A stretch of DNA of 64,000 bases from Eledone cirrhosa. Its lineage: Eukaryota. Under the pieces are notes generated by a model. It saw only the letters and a list, made by a program, of their open reading frames with translations, searched no databases and had not been told where the DNA came from. Every line of letters starts with the position of its first letter. The first letter of the stretch is position 1. The stretch is taken from positions 20,770,001 to 20,834,000 of the forward strand of contig OZ024751.1 in assembly GCA_964016885.1 (NCBI GenBank). Direction: 5' to 3'. Below, in pieces: positions 12,091 to 25,221 of this stretch. A program made the position numbers and the translations under genes.

Positions 12091-12301
12091 CCACACACAC
12101 ACACACACACACCCACCCACCCACACATACGCGCTCGCGCACGCACACATACATACACACACACACACACACCTATATACACACACACACATATATATGT
12201 GTGTTTGTGTGTATATATTATATTTATATATATATATATATACATAGTTTCTTTGCCCTAATTAATTCTGCCATTGCTACAAAAGCTTTCTCTGGTTGTC
12301 T

Positions 12302-12333
<32 letters not shown>

Positions 12334-12337
12334 GTGT

Positions 12338-12551
12338 TATAGGAACGAGTAGGACCCCGACGGCTGAGCTCAAGCCGTTTCAACGGCTAATTCTGGACTA
12401 AAATCGTTTTTAGTCCAAAATTAGCCGTCGAAACGGCTTGAGCTCAGCCGTCGGGGTCCTACTCGTTCCTATTACCCACTCTACTACCCTAAGTATTGAG
12501 TACTTTAGTGCGTTATGGTCCACCTGGTTCCTTACCACATTTCCTTCGTTA
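12338..12551 (+). mobile_element. Fold-back PLE-type terminus, family A, with the longer central hairpin
   Basis: Palindrome 12339-12472 with apex ggactaaaa-tcgt-ttttagtcc. Confidence 0.75.
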
Positions 12552-12558
12552 TATGTGT

Positions 12559-12671
12559 TATATATAGAAATGACTTCTACGGGACTACAATTGTTTGATT
12601 CGTGTGAAATCATCAGAAATGTTTCATACGAATGAAACAGTTTTAGTCCTGTAAAAGTTATTTCTATATAA
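12559..12671. mobile_element. Diverged family C fold-back with degenerate HHR
   Basis: gaaatcatcag...gaatgaaacagttttagtcctgta. Confidence 0.6.
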
Positions 12672-13426
12672 TATAGTGAGACCTGGGCATTGTGTGCAGA
12701 GGATATACGCAGACTAGAGAGGAACGAAGCTTGCATGCTCCGCTGGATGTGTAACAGTAATATACGTGAACGGCAAAGCATAAACGAACTAAGGAAAAAA
12801 TTAGAGATAAGAGGGATCAGATGTTGTTTACTCGAGAGAAGGCTGCGTTGGTATGGACACGTGATGCGCATGAAAGTCGATAGCTGTATAACAAAGTGCA
12901 GGGCAATAAAGATAGACGGTAGCCACGGAATAGGCAGACCTAGAAAAACATGGGATGAGCTGATAAACTCCGACCTCACACACTTACACCTCTCCAAGAC
13001 AATGTCACTGGACCGAGACCTTTGGCGGTACTCAGTAACAGAGAAGACCCGCCTTGCCAGTAGGCATCTCTAACAAAATACACCCCGTCCCGCCACCACC
13101 CCCACCCCATCCACACCACCCCGTTCTATGTAAAGTTATGTTGGTGCCGCGCCATCCAGGCCGAAACAAATGAGATTGTGTAGGTGTCACGACAAAAAAA
13201 CACACAGTCCACGCTGTAATGTGGCCGTGTAGGCAACACGGTAAAAACCTCCCAGACCCACACTGTAAATGTGGTTGGTGTTAGGAAGGGCATCCAACTG
13301 TAGAAAACCTGCCAGACAGTCCTATGCGAGCAAGACAATCACTCTTGCCTCAAGTGGGACTACCCCCGTCCAAACCCATGCAAGCGTGGAACACGGACGT
13401 TAAACGTTGATGATGATGATGATGAT
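12672..13426 (+). mobile_element. RTE-clade LINE 3' end with 3' UTR and (GAT)n tail
   Basis: SETWAL...LERNEACMLRWMC...RRLRWYGHVMRM...GRPRKTWDE...DRDLWR. Confidence 0.9.
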
Positions 13427-13507
13427 AATAAATATGCCTCTACTCTACCAACGTATTGAGTACCTTTTTTAACTGTGGTTACCCCCCGACACAGCTCGTG
13501 AATCTAC

Positions 13508-13694
13508 ACGGTGGATTGGCAGTATCGGTAGAGGGTCGGACGCCATGCTTTCCAGCATAGTTACGTCCCTTTACGATCTGAGTTCAAATCCCGCCGAGGT
13601 TGACTTTGCCTTTCATCCTTACGGGGTCGATAAAATAAAGTACCAGTAATGCACTGGGTAATTGCTGGCCTTGTGACTAAAGTAGAAACAATTA
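13508..13694 (+). mobile_element. SINE S1, near full length
   Basis: A-box tggcagtatcgg, B-box gagttcaaatcc, and a central domain gcctttcatccttacggggtcgataaaataaagtaccag resembling the Meta/MESC SINE domain (from memory). Confidence 0.9.
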
Positions 13695-13878
13695 TATATA
13701 GAAAAGAGCGGATATCCAAAACAAAAACATACATTTTTTTTAGTCTGCTCCCTTCCACCCATAACTTATTAGGAAATGTTACTTTTTACTAAATTTTGCT
13801 GTCTGAAGAAATCACGATATCTATCGTCATGGAAATATGTATAACGGCTGAATTAATGAAAGTCTCTAACATCTACAA

Positions 13879-14172
13879 CAGGCATGGGCAACCTTTTTCG
13901 AGAAGCGAGCCGCATGAGATATGGCTCATCACCAGGCGGGCCGCAAGCGCTAATTTTCATTTGTGCCCACATTAAAAACAAAGGGCAGTAACTCGGGTTG
14001 TTTTGATTTGTTTCTTCAGAATTCGTACACGTTGTTTTCCTCGATCGTAAAAAAATATTCGAAAGATAAATTACGACTGAAAAGTTGGGGTAAAAAAATC
14101 AGAAAGATTTCACTTAGGTGACTTAGGAGAGCCATTCAGACAGCTTCGCGGGCCGCAGGTTGCCCACGACTG
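13879..14172. mobile_element. Non-autonomous hAT (Charlie-like) MITE
   Basis: TIRs caggcatgggcaacct / aggttgcccacgactg; perfect 8-bp TSD atctacaa; second copy at 43704-43994. Confidence 0.9.
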
Positions 14173-14807
14173 ATCTACAACTTCGCATTTTCCTCTTTAT
14201 AAATAAGGAAGAGAAGAGGGAGTTCTGGTCATTAATTAGAACATTCTAATTTTAACCAAGTTCTACATGACTGGTTAATATCAACTAATGACTTTTATTA
14301 CTATAATTCTATTCCTGAGAAGTTTGAATGTCTTTTGTAGTCCCTTGTATTGTTTTGTTTTGTCACTGCGCTGTCCTCCTCCCTTTTCTTTCTGCCTGTG
14401 TTTTATTAAAGGTGGGACGTCGGGTGTAGAGGGCGCGGGTATTTACCCCCACCCCCACCCCTACACCCTTCTCTTAATTCTGGCGTCGAATTGGTGAAGT
14501 CATTAGAGCTTAGAAGAAAAGAAAAGGGAGAAAGAAATATAAAAATACCTTGCAGTATTTCTTCTGGATCCCTGCGCTCTCATGTCAAATTCCGCTGATG
14601 TTAACATTGCCTTTCATCTTTTGAGGTTTCGAAGATCGACTGTAAAGTATATAAGCTGACCAAGATACTCTCATGGAATCACCAAATGAGTTTTATTTTA
14701 TAACAGTCCCTGAAAAGAAACAATGCAGTTATTTATAAGAAGAGTTGAAATGAATGCATGCAATATTTCCTTCATAGTCAGATTATGAACGTTTCAGTCA
14801 ACCCTCG

Positions 14808-15842
14808 TACAGTACAGTACAATACAGTATACTACATTACAGTACAGTACAATATAGTATACTACATTATAGTACAGTACAGTACAATATAGTATACTAC
14901 ATTATAGTACAGTACAGTACAATATAGTATACTACATTACAGTACATTTACAGTACAGTACAGTATATTACATTACAGTACAATACAATATAGTATACTA
15001 CATTACATTGCATTTACAGTACAGTACAATACAGTATACTACATTACAGTACAGTACATTTACAGTACAGTACAATATTATAGTATACTACATTACAGTG
15101 CCAGTACGATACAGTACACTACAATACAGTAGATTTACAGTACAGTACAGTATAGTATACTACATTATAGTACATTTACAGTACAGTACAATATAGTATA
15201 CTACATTACAGTACATTTACAGTACAGTATACTACATTACAGTACATTTACAGTACAGTATACTACATTACAGTACATTTACAGTACAGTACAGTACAAT
15301 ACAGTATACTACATTACAGTACAGTACAGTACAATACAGTATACTACATTACAGTACATTTACAGTACAGTACAATACAGTAGAATACACTACATTACAG
15401 TACATTTACAGTACAGTACAATACAGTATACTACATTACAGTACATTTACAGTACAGTACAATACAGTAGAATACACTACATTACAGTACATTTACAGTA
15501 CAGTACAGTACAGTATACTACAATACAGTACATTTACAGTACAGTACAATACAGTATACTACATTACAGTACATTTACAGTACAGTACAATACAGTAGAA
15601 TACACTACATTACAGTACATTTACAGTACAGTACAATACAGTAGAATACACTACATTACAGTACATTTACAGTACAGTACAATACAGTATACTACAATAC
15701 AGTACATTTACAGTACAGTACAATACAGTATACTACATTACAGTACATTTACAGTACAGTACAGTACAATACAGTATACTACATTACAGTACATTTACAG
15801 TACAGTATGATACAGTACAATACAGTACTGCACAGTACAATA
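14808..15842. repeat. Complex satellite of ACAGT/ACAAT/ACATT pentamers with about 41-44-bp higher-order units
   Basis: acattacagtacatttacagtacagtacaatacagtatact recurs. Confidence 0.95.
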
Positions 15843-16149
15843 TACACATACATATATACATGGAAACTTCATAGGCTGACCAAGATACTTTATTTTATAA
15901 ACAATTCAATTATTAATAAGAGTTGAAAGTAATGCATACAAGATTTCACAGCTCTAGCATCACTTGTTCATTGTCATCTTATGAACTTTCAACCGATCAT
16001 TGTAGTTAATACCAGTCAAGGTGCCGTGTATGAGTGCAACTTCTCACAAACAAGTGGTAGGGCGGTGACCTCCCAGAAACTCTATGGCACTATTTGTTCC
16101 AATATAAATACTACTAGACACAGAGAGAAAGAGAGAAATCGAGAGAGAA

Positions 16150-16204
<55 letters not shown>

Positions 16205-16303
16205 GAGGGAGAGAGAGAGAACTAGAGAGAAAGAGAGAGAAGACATTTGGAAGTCGTTTATAAAAAAAATCTACTAAGATTGGAGTTATATTATGTTGTA
16301 AAA

Positions 16304-16695
16304 GGGCGGTGGATTGGCAGTATCGGTAGAGGGTCGGACGCCATGCTTTGACGTATAGAGTTACGGCCCTTGCCATTCTGAGTTCAAATCCCGCCGAGGT
16401 TAAGTTTGCTATTCATCCTTACGGGGTCGATAAAATAAAGTACCAGTAATACACTGAGTAAATTGCTGGCCTTGTGCCAAAAGTAGAAACAATTATATTG
16501 TAAAAGGGTGGGGTGGATTACCAGTATCGGTAGAGGGTCGGACGCCATGCTTTGCAGCATAGAGTCACGTCCCTTTACGGTCTGAGATCAAATCCCACCG
16601 AGGTTAAATTTGCCTTTCATCCTTACAGGGGTGATAAAATAAAGTACCAGTAACACACTAGAGTAAATTGCTGGCCTTGTGCCAAATGTAAAAAA
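16304..16695 (+). mobile_element. Two tandem full-length SINE S1 copies
   Basis: Heads at about 16304 and 16510, each with A/B boxes. Confidence 0.9.
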
Positions 16696-16888
16696 AAAAT
16701 TATATTGATCTACAAACTGTACACACAATCTTTCACTACGAGGGTCAGCTGAAAGGACTGGGTTGGAGGGGTGGGGGTAACTCAAGGGACATCCCAGGTG
16801 GCAAAACCTCAAGCTTCCATTATTCTTTCTCCTCCCAAACACTCTCTCACTCCAATCACTGTTTATCTAATCATACTTCGTCGCTCTG

Positions 16889-16942
<54 letters not shown>

Positions 16943-17016
16943 TCTCTATTTATCTGTCTATCTGTCTGTTTGTCTATATCTGTCTGTCTCTATGTCTGTC
17001 TGTCTGTCTCTCTCTT

Positions 17017-17068
<52 letters not shown>

Positions 17069-17082
17069 TATATATTTATCTG

Positions 17083-17137
<55 letters not shown>

Positions 17138-17166
17138 TTATCTGTCTATCTGTCTGTTTGTCTATA

Positions 17167-17199
<33 letters not shown>

Positions 17200-17319
17200 A
17201 TATATCTATCTATCTATCTGTCTGTATGTCTCTCCCCCTCTCTCTCTCGCACCTGTTCTGTCAAGTTACTGCTACCCCACCTACAGTACCTCATACCCAT
17301 CTGTTAACGCTACAACGAT

Positions 17320-17800
17320 AACCACCACCGCCACTAGCGCCCCAACCACCAATTACTACCATCACCACAACTACCACTACCACCACCACCACCATCACCA
17401 TTACTACCACGACAACCACAACCACCACCGCCATCACTTCCACCATCAACACCACATCACCATTACTACCGCCACCATCACCAGCACCACCACTTCAGCC
17501 ACCAGCCCCACCACACTCCACCATTACTACCACCACTACCACAACCACCACCCCCACTACATCCACCACCACCACTACAACCACCACCATAACCACTACC
17601 ACCACCACCATCACCATTACTACAACCACTACCGCAACCACCACCACCACTACAACCACCACCATCACTTCAACCACCACAACCACTACCACCACCACCA
17701 TCACCATTACTACCACCACTACCGCAACCACCACCGCCACCACATCCATCAATACCACCACCACAATCACCATTACTACCACCACTACCACCTCCTCCCC
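17320..17800. repeat. (ACC)n-rich degenerate trinucleotide repeat
   Basis: Read directly from sequence. Confidence 0.9.
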
Positions 17801-17823
17801 CTCAAATAATACTATATAACCAC

Positions 17824-17932
17824 CCATTATTGCTGGCTACAATGTTGATCCGGGGGTAGCCAGTTTCTGATATAAACACATGACCAATCACTAATGGTCC
17901 TGTTTGTCCTTGACCCCTAGGTGACCATATCC
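17824..17932 (-). CDS. Candidate isolated host exon encoding a PKD-domain-like peptide (IWSPRGQGQTGPLVIGHVFISETGYPRINIVASNNG)
   Basis: Good acceptor ttttctgtttcgttgttag and only one open frame; the donor is weak. Confidence 0.25.
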
Positions 17933-18026
17933 CTAACAACGAAACAGAAAACAAAACATACAACTTATTTTCGGGTTTATTTCCCGAATAATTACTTTGT
18001 CTGCTAAAACAACATAGACTTATATA

Positions 18027-18076
<50 letters not shown>

Positions 18077-18166
18077 TATAAATATATATATATTTATATA
18101 TATATATATATATATATAAATATATATATATTTATATATATATATATATATAAATATATATATATT

Positions 18167-18331
<165 letters not shown>

Positions 18332-18393
18332 TTATATATATATATATGTATATATAAGTCTATGTTGTTTTATATATATATATACATATATAC

Positions 18394-18430
<37 letters not shown>

Positions 18431-18530
18431 AGGGCGGTGCCCCAGCATGGCCTCAGCCGGATGGCTGAAACAGGTAAAAGAGTAAATATATATATATATA
18501 TTTATATATATATATATGTCTATGTTGTTT

Positions 18531-18562
<32 letters not shown>

Positions 18563-18583
18563 CATATATATATACATATATAT

Positions 18584-18990
18584 ATATGAAATATAAGATT
18601 CAAAGAACTGTTCAAAACATTTTTATGATTACAACTGTTTCCTCCAAACCGAAGTTTGGGTTCTTCGGAGCAATTTATTAATGAATGAACACTTATATGA
18701 CCTCCTTTTCACCCAAGAGACATACAGATACATATGCAAATATTGTGGGTCAACATTCATTACAGCATTTAGAGTGGCAGTACACACTTAGAGATTACAT
18801 TCATATTAAAAGATACAATCAAAAATACAGGTTAAAATACAACATAAAATACAGCATAAAAATGTTTTGAACAGTTTTTTTAATCTTATATTTCATATAA
18901 CTGCTCTGTAAATCATCTGATGTTTTTACATTGAGCTACTTAACTTACTGGTAATAAGGTAGTAATATATTACTGCCTACCACTATTTAG
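18584..18990. mobile_element. TA-flanked PLE-type terminus with inverted arms and a degenerate HHR
   Basis: Arms about 18584-18627 and 18853-18898; minus strand CCGAAGA-acccaaac-ttcg-gtttggag-GAAA-cagttg-TA. Confidence 0.55.
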
Positions 18991-19077
18991 GGTTTGTATA
19001 AAAAAATAATAAAAAAAAATATATATATATAACTGCAAAAGGTTTTTGTATTTACATAACCATAAATAATATAATTA

Positions 19078-19141
<64 letters not shown>

Positions 19142-19359
19142 GTTAGAATATGTGTAATAAGGCCAAGACAATGCAGATATGGACATAGAAAAAAGAATGC
19201 AATAGTGAAAGATATTGATGTGAATTCGTCTTTCACCTTGAATTTATTTAAATGTCCTTAATTTTCGAGATAATATCTCTTCTTCGGAAGGAAGTAAAGG
19301 TCTCAGACCAGCGTCTTTAAATCTCTAATGAAGCCATGCTGACCGGAAATATACATATA

Positions 19360-19411
<52 letters not shown>

Positions 19412-19440
19412 CATATATATATATATACATATATATATAC

Positions 19441-19563
<123 letters not shown>

Positions 19564-19568
19564 TATAT

Positions 19569-19612
<44 letters not shown>

Positions 19613-19949
19613 ATGAAAAATATAGAAAACACTGCAGCGAAAAGCCAACAACACTCCATAATATATAAGTGACTATAGCGTCAAAATGGGAAAAATAGTT
19701 AACGTAAGATGTGGGAAAAATAATTCAAACTCATCTCAAAGAGAATCAGGATATAGATTCATCCACAGAATTTAGTGAAATCCAGGGAAAAATCAATAGA
19801 GCCTTAACTCATGATAAAATAAAGTTTAAAATACTCATCCTTCAATTTGGAAAAAAATGTGTATATATATATATACATATATATACACATATATATACAT
19901 ATGTATATATATATATATATACATATATATACACATATATATACATATG

Positions 19950-20037
<88 letters not shown>

Positions 20038-20168
20038 TGTGTCTGTGTGTGTGTGCGCGTGTGTGTGTGAGTGTATGACATATAATTACAATAAATTATA
20101 TATGTATATATATATTTGAACATATATATATATACATATATATAATAAAAGATCTACATTAACTGTAC

Positions 20169-20253
<85 letters not shown>

Positions 20254-20570
20254 AATATATATCATTGCTTCTGTTTTTGTTGTTACTTTTGTTGTTGTTC
20301 TTCTTGAACTTTCTCTTGTTTTTGTCGTTATTGCTGTTGCTGCTGTTGTTATATTTGCAGTCATTGTTGTGGCTGTTATTGTTGTCGTCATCAGTTGTTG
20401 TTGTTGTTGTTTAGTCCCCCCCCCCTCCTAGGTCAGTCCTGATACACCAGACCTATCATTAAAGAAGTCCTGAAGCTGTGACAATCTCAAGTCATTAATT
20501 TTCTCACATGTTGTACTTAAATGTTATGTTATAAACGTATATATATATATATATAAATTACACGAACACA

Positions 20571-20615
<45 letters not shown>

Positions 20616-20873
20616 ATAATAATTGTTTCTACTTTAGGCACAAGGCCAGATATTACCCAGTGCATTACTGGTACTTTATTTTATAAACCCCGTAAAGATG
20701 AAAGGCAAAGTCAACCTCGGCGAATAAATGTGACGACTAAAATCCAAAGAGGGCTCGATAAGGATACATATATATCAAATATATAGGAACCCTAGAGCAA
20801 ATATTTATTTTAGTATCAGAAGATCCCATTAAGTGTGAAAGCAGCAATTCTTTGCTTAAACTTTAATCTGTTA

Positions 20874-20938
<65 letters not shown>

Positions 20939-21019
20939 AAAAATTGAACGGGAACAAAACAGAGAGGCAGTACGAACAAAGGTTTATTAGTTTCACGCTC
21001 TTGAGAGTGAGGTGGTGGT

Positions 21020-21065
<46 letters not shown>

Positions 21066-21066
<1 letters not shown>

Positions 21067-21176
21067 TGAGCTCAGCCGTCGGGGTCCTACTCGTTCCTAT
21101 TACCCACTCTACTACCCTAAGTATTGAGTACTTTGGTGCGTTATGGTCCACCAGGTTCCTTACCACATTTCCTTCG

Positions 21177-21180
<4 letters not shown>
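21066..21180 (+). mobile_element. Family A terminus without fold-back
   Basis: Near-identical to the 3' part of 12338-12551, embedded in (TA)n. Confidence 0.8.
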
Positions 21181-21274
<94 letters not shown>

Positions 21275-21456
21275 GGTTGCAGGTAAATGCGTCCGTAGGC
21301 GGTATGCCGGTGGACCACTCGAAGCTCGCGCAGAGCAGAGTATATTATTATAGATAACGAGGAATCAGTAATGCTTCAAACCACAATTTATTACATATGT
21401 TTCTGCGTCGTTCGGCTCGAGGCAGGATCTGTTACCGATCGAACCTGACTCTGCAT

Positions 21457-21487
<31 letters not shown>

Positions 21488-21613
21488 GTAGGAGGTGAGT
21501 TTTATTGTAGTACAATAAAGCAATGCAGATATCGGATAAGAAGCACTCTACAGTTTGTGGGACTGGAGTATGCATAATATAAGATCAAAAGATGGTTAAA
21601 GGAGTTCAATATA

Positions 21614-21680
21614 TTTTATTATGCGCATTTCAAAAACAAACATCATCAAACAATAATATTTGTGTTTTCATCAGATAAAA
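21614..21680 (-). ncRNA. Type I hammerhead ribozyme
   Basis: Reverse complement of 24382-24448. Confidence 0.8.
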
Positions 21681-22877
21681 CAGAACATGATATGAAGGCT
21701 AAAAAAACACTTGTTGATAGTGCAGTTTTAAATCAACATATGAAAAGTGGTTTTAGATTGATGTGTGATATTGGGAAAAATATTTTATTTAGAGAGGGGG
21801 GGAGAGAAAAGGATGAAAAGGGAAGGAGATGAGAGGGAGAGATGGGTGATAGAGAGAAAGAGATAGTTTTTATAACTGAGAGGAGATATATTTTATATAG
21901 AGGGGTTGAAAACCGTTGGAAGATACTGTATAAATTAAAAATTTTGAAAATTAACGAAGGGAGGATATGTGCGAGGAAAAAATATATTATATTTAGGGAG
22001 GGGTGGGGGTGGAAAGGATGAAAAAAAGGGGAGGAGATGAGAGTGAAGGTGGAAAGGGAGAGATGGGTGATAGAGAGAAAGAGATAGTTTTTATAACTGA
22101 GAAAAAGATATAATGTTTTAATATAGAGAGGTTGGGAACCGTTGGAAGATAATGTATAAATTAAAGGAATTTGAAAATTAACGAAGGGAAATTATGTATG
22201 GAGATAGAGAGAAAAAAATAACGAAGGGAAATTATGTATGGAGATAGAGAGAAAAAAATAATAATTGTGGGTGAATATTCTAACGTCAAAAGAAGAAATG
22301 TAGGAATTTTAAAATTAGCAAAGAGAAAAAGTTTATGTGTAGAAGGATTTGAGAAAAATAATGTGAAGTTAAAGTTTTTATATTGAATTCATATGTATTA
22401 ATAATGAGTTCGTTGATGGGGAGAAAAAAATAATAATAAATTAAGGATGAAATTGAGATTTAAAAGATTTATGATAGAGAGAAAAAATAATAATGATTGC
22501 GGATGAATACTCAAAATGTCAAAAACAAATGTTATTGTTTTACGAGGAGATATAATGAGGGTGATGAGTAAACGGGTATTATAGAGTGTATAATGCCCTT
22601 TAAAGTAAGGTAGATGGGTATATTTTAAAGAATATATGAGTATATATTAAAAAAAATATATAATAATAAATTAAGGATGAAATTGAGATTAAAAAGATTT
22701 ATGATAGAGGGAAAAAAAATAATAATGATTGCGGATGAATATTCAAAATGTCAAAAAACAAATGTTATTGTTTTACGAGAAGATAGGATGAGGGTAATGA
22801 GTAAACGAGTATTATAGAGTGTATAATGCCCTTTAAAGTAAGGTAGATGGGTATATTTTAAAGAGGTGTATGTATGA

Positions 22878-23144
22878 ATATTCAAACTTAAAAGAACTAA
22901 CACTGCTCTCTCAGAACTCATATGGTCCTTAAAAGACAAAAACATTAAATATAACATCTTTTGGAAAAAGATTTCTTCTGCATCCTCGTACTTGAACAGC
23001 TCTCTATCTAAAATCTGTAATCTCTGCCTAAATGAAAAATTTACCATTATCTCTAACCTAGAATCCATAATAAATAGACGCTCGGATTTGTTTTCCATCT
23101 GCCTGCATAAATTCCATAGAACTTTTCACAAAGTATACAGTTAA
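22878..23144 (+). pseudogene. PLE GIY-YIG endonuclease C-terminal fragment (Naiad-like)
   Basis: Hand translation: NTALSELIWSLKDKNIKYNIFWKKISSASSY...CNLCLNEKFTII...INRRSDLFSICLHK; absent from the ORF track. Confidence 0.8.
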
Positions 23145-24381
23145 TATTCAATTCTTTATCAATTTAGAATCTTTTCTCAAAGGCACATATACATACACTT
23201 CTTTAAAATATACCCATCTACCTTACTTTAAAGGGCATTATACACTCTATAATACTCGTTTACTCATTACCCTCATCCTCTCTTCTCGTAAAACAATAAC
23301 ATTTGTTTTTGACATTTTGAATATTCATCCGCAATCATTATTATTTTTTTCCCTCTATCATAAATCTTTTTAATCTCAATTTCATCCTTAATTTATTATT
23401 ATATATTTTTTTTAATATATACTCATATATTCTTTAAAATATACCCATCTACCTTACTTTAAAGGGCATTATACACTCTATAATACCCGTTTACTCATCA
23501 CCCTCATTATATCTCCTCGTAAAACAATAACATTTGTTTTTGACATTTTGAGTATTCATCCGCAATCATTATTATTTTTTCTCTCTATCATAAATCTTTT
23601 TAATCTCAATTTCATCCTTAATTTATTATTATTTTTTTCTCCCCATCAACGAACTCATTATTAATACATATGAATTCAATATAAAAACTTTAACTTCACA
23701 TTATTTTTCTCAAATCCTTCTACACATAAACTTTTTCTCTTTGCTAATTTTAAAATTCCTACATTTCTTCTTTTGACGTTAGAATATTCACCCACAATTA
23801 TTATTTTTTTCTCTCTATCTCCATACATAATTTCCCTTCGTTATTTTTTTCTCTCTATCTCCATACATAATTTCCCTTCGTTAATTTTCAAATTCCTTTA
23901 ATTTATACATTATCTTCCAACGGTTCCCAACCTCTCTATATTAAAACATTATATCTTTTTCTCAGTTATAAAAACTATCTCTTTCTCTCTATCACCCATC
24001 TCTCCCTTTCCACCTTCACTCTCATCTCCTCCCCTTTTTTTCATCCTTTCCACCCCCACCCCTCCCTAAATATAATATATTTTTTCCTCGCACATATCCT
24101 CCCTTCGTTAATTTTCAAAATTTTTAATTTATACAGTATCTTCCAACGGTTTTCAACCCCTCTATATAAAATATATCTCCTCTCAGTTATAAAAACTATC
24201 TCTTTCTCTCTATCACCCATCTCTCCCTCTCATCTCCTTCCCTTTTCATCCTTTTCTCTCCCCCCCTCTCTAAATAAAATATTTTTCCCAATATCACACA
24301 TCAATCTAAAACCACTTTTCATATGTTGATTTAAAACTGCACTATCAACAAGTGTTTTTTTAGCCTTCATATCATGTTCTG

Positions 24382-24448
24382 TTTTATCTGATGAAAACAC
24401 AAATATTATTGTTTGATGATGTTTGTTTTTGAAATGCGCATAATAAAA
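24382..24448 (+). ncRNA. Type I hammerhead ribozyme
   Basis: ttttat-CTGATGA-aaacac..gttttt-GAAA-tgcgca-TA-ataaaa. Confidence 0.8.
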
Positions 24449-24591
24449 TATATTGAACTCCTTTAACCATCTTTTGATCTTATATTATATATATATATAT
24501 ATATAGTAAAAAATTGAACGGGAACAAAACAGAGAGGCAGTACGAACAAAGGTTTATTAGTTTAGTTTCACGCACCTGAGAGTGGGGTGGT

Positions 24592-24650
<59 letters not shown>

Positions 24651-24982
24651 CAAAATAAATGAACAAAACCCAGGAGGCAAATGTAGTTGTATATGAATAT
24701 GGGCTGAAAAAAAAAAATATATATATATATCAACCCATATATATATAAGGTTGAAAGCACCGATTCTTTGCTTAAACTTTAATCTGTTATTTTAATAAAT
24801 AAATATATATATATATATAAATATATATATATTGTTATACTTTGGGAGGGTCATGTTGCCAATAAGAAACACACGCACCAGTTGCTTTCACTTCAATTTA
24901 TTATGATATATTTATAAATTTAGGAATTTATAAATTTCCGGTTGGTTGGTTGGTTCCACAACCAGTTGGTTGTTTATATATT

Positions 24983-25025
24983 GTCAAAGTTCTTTCGTCA
25001 CACATTCTGTGACCTCTTCAGTGAC
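24983..25025 (-). ncRNA. Minimal hammerhead ribozyme in the PLE pseudo-LTR
   Basis: gtca-CTGAAGA-g-gtcaca-gaatg-tgtgac-GAAA-gaac-TT-tgac. Confidence 0.8.
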
Positions 25026-25221
25026 TGGGGGTTCTTTTCTTTGTTTTTTGTGCCTCTCCTTTGTTCTGTCCTACGCTATCTTGTTTTTGTGTGTGTGGTG
25101 TGCTTAGTTTGCGCATGTGTTACATCCGGGAGTCTGTGTGTGTTTATATTCGTTTATTTATTTGTTTATTTACATGTTACTGGTTGGTTGTTTGTTCTAT
25201 GTGTGTGTTTTCATTTTGTCC

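Larger units (their letters stand above)
21487..24488. mobile_element. 5'-truncated Naiad-like Penelope-like element with inverted pseudo-LTRs (about 1.3-kb arms)
   Basis: Arms 21574-22876 and 23189-24488; the spacer encodes a GIY-YIG C-terminus; an HHR lies in each arm; TA flanks. Confidence 0.85.

Noticed and set aside
22751-23098. 115-aa minus-strand ORF
   Set aside because: Antisense shadow of the plus-strand GIY-YIG fragment
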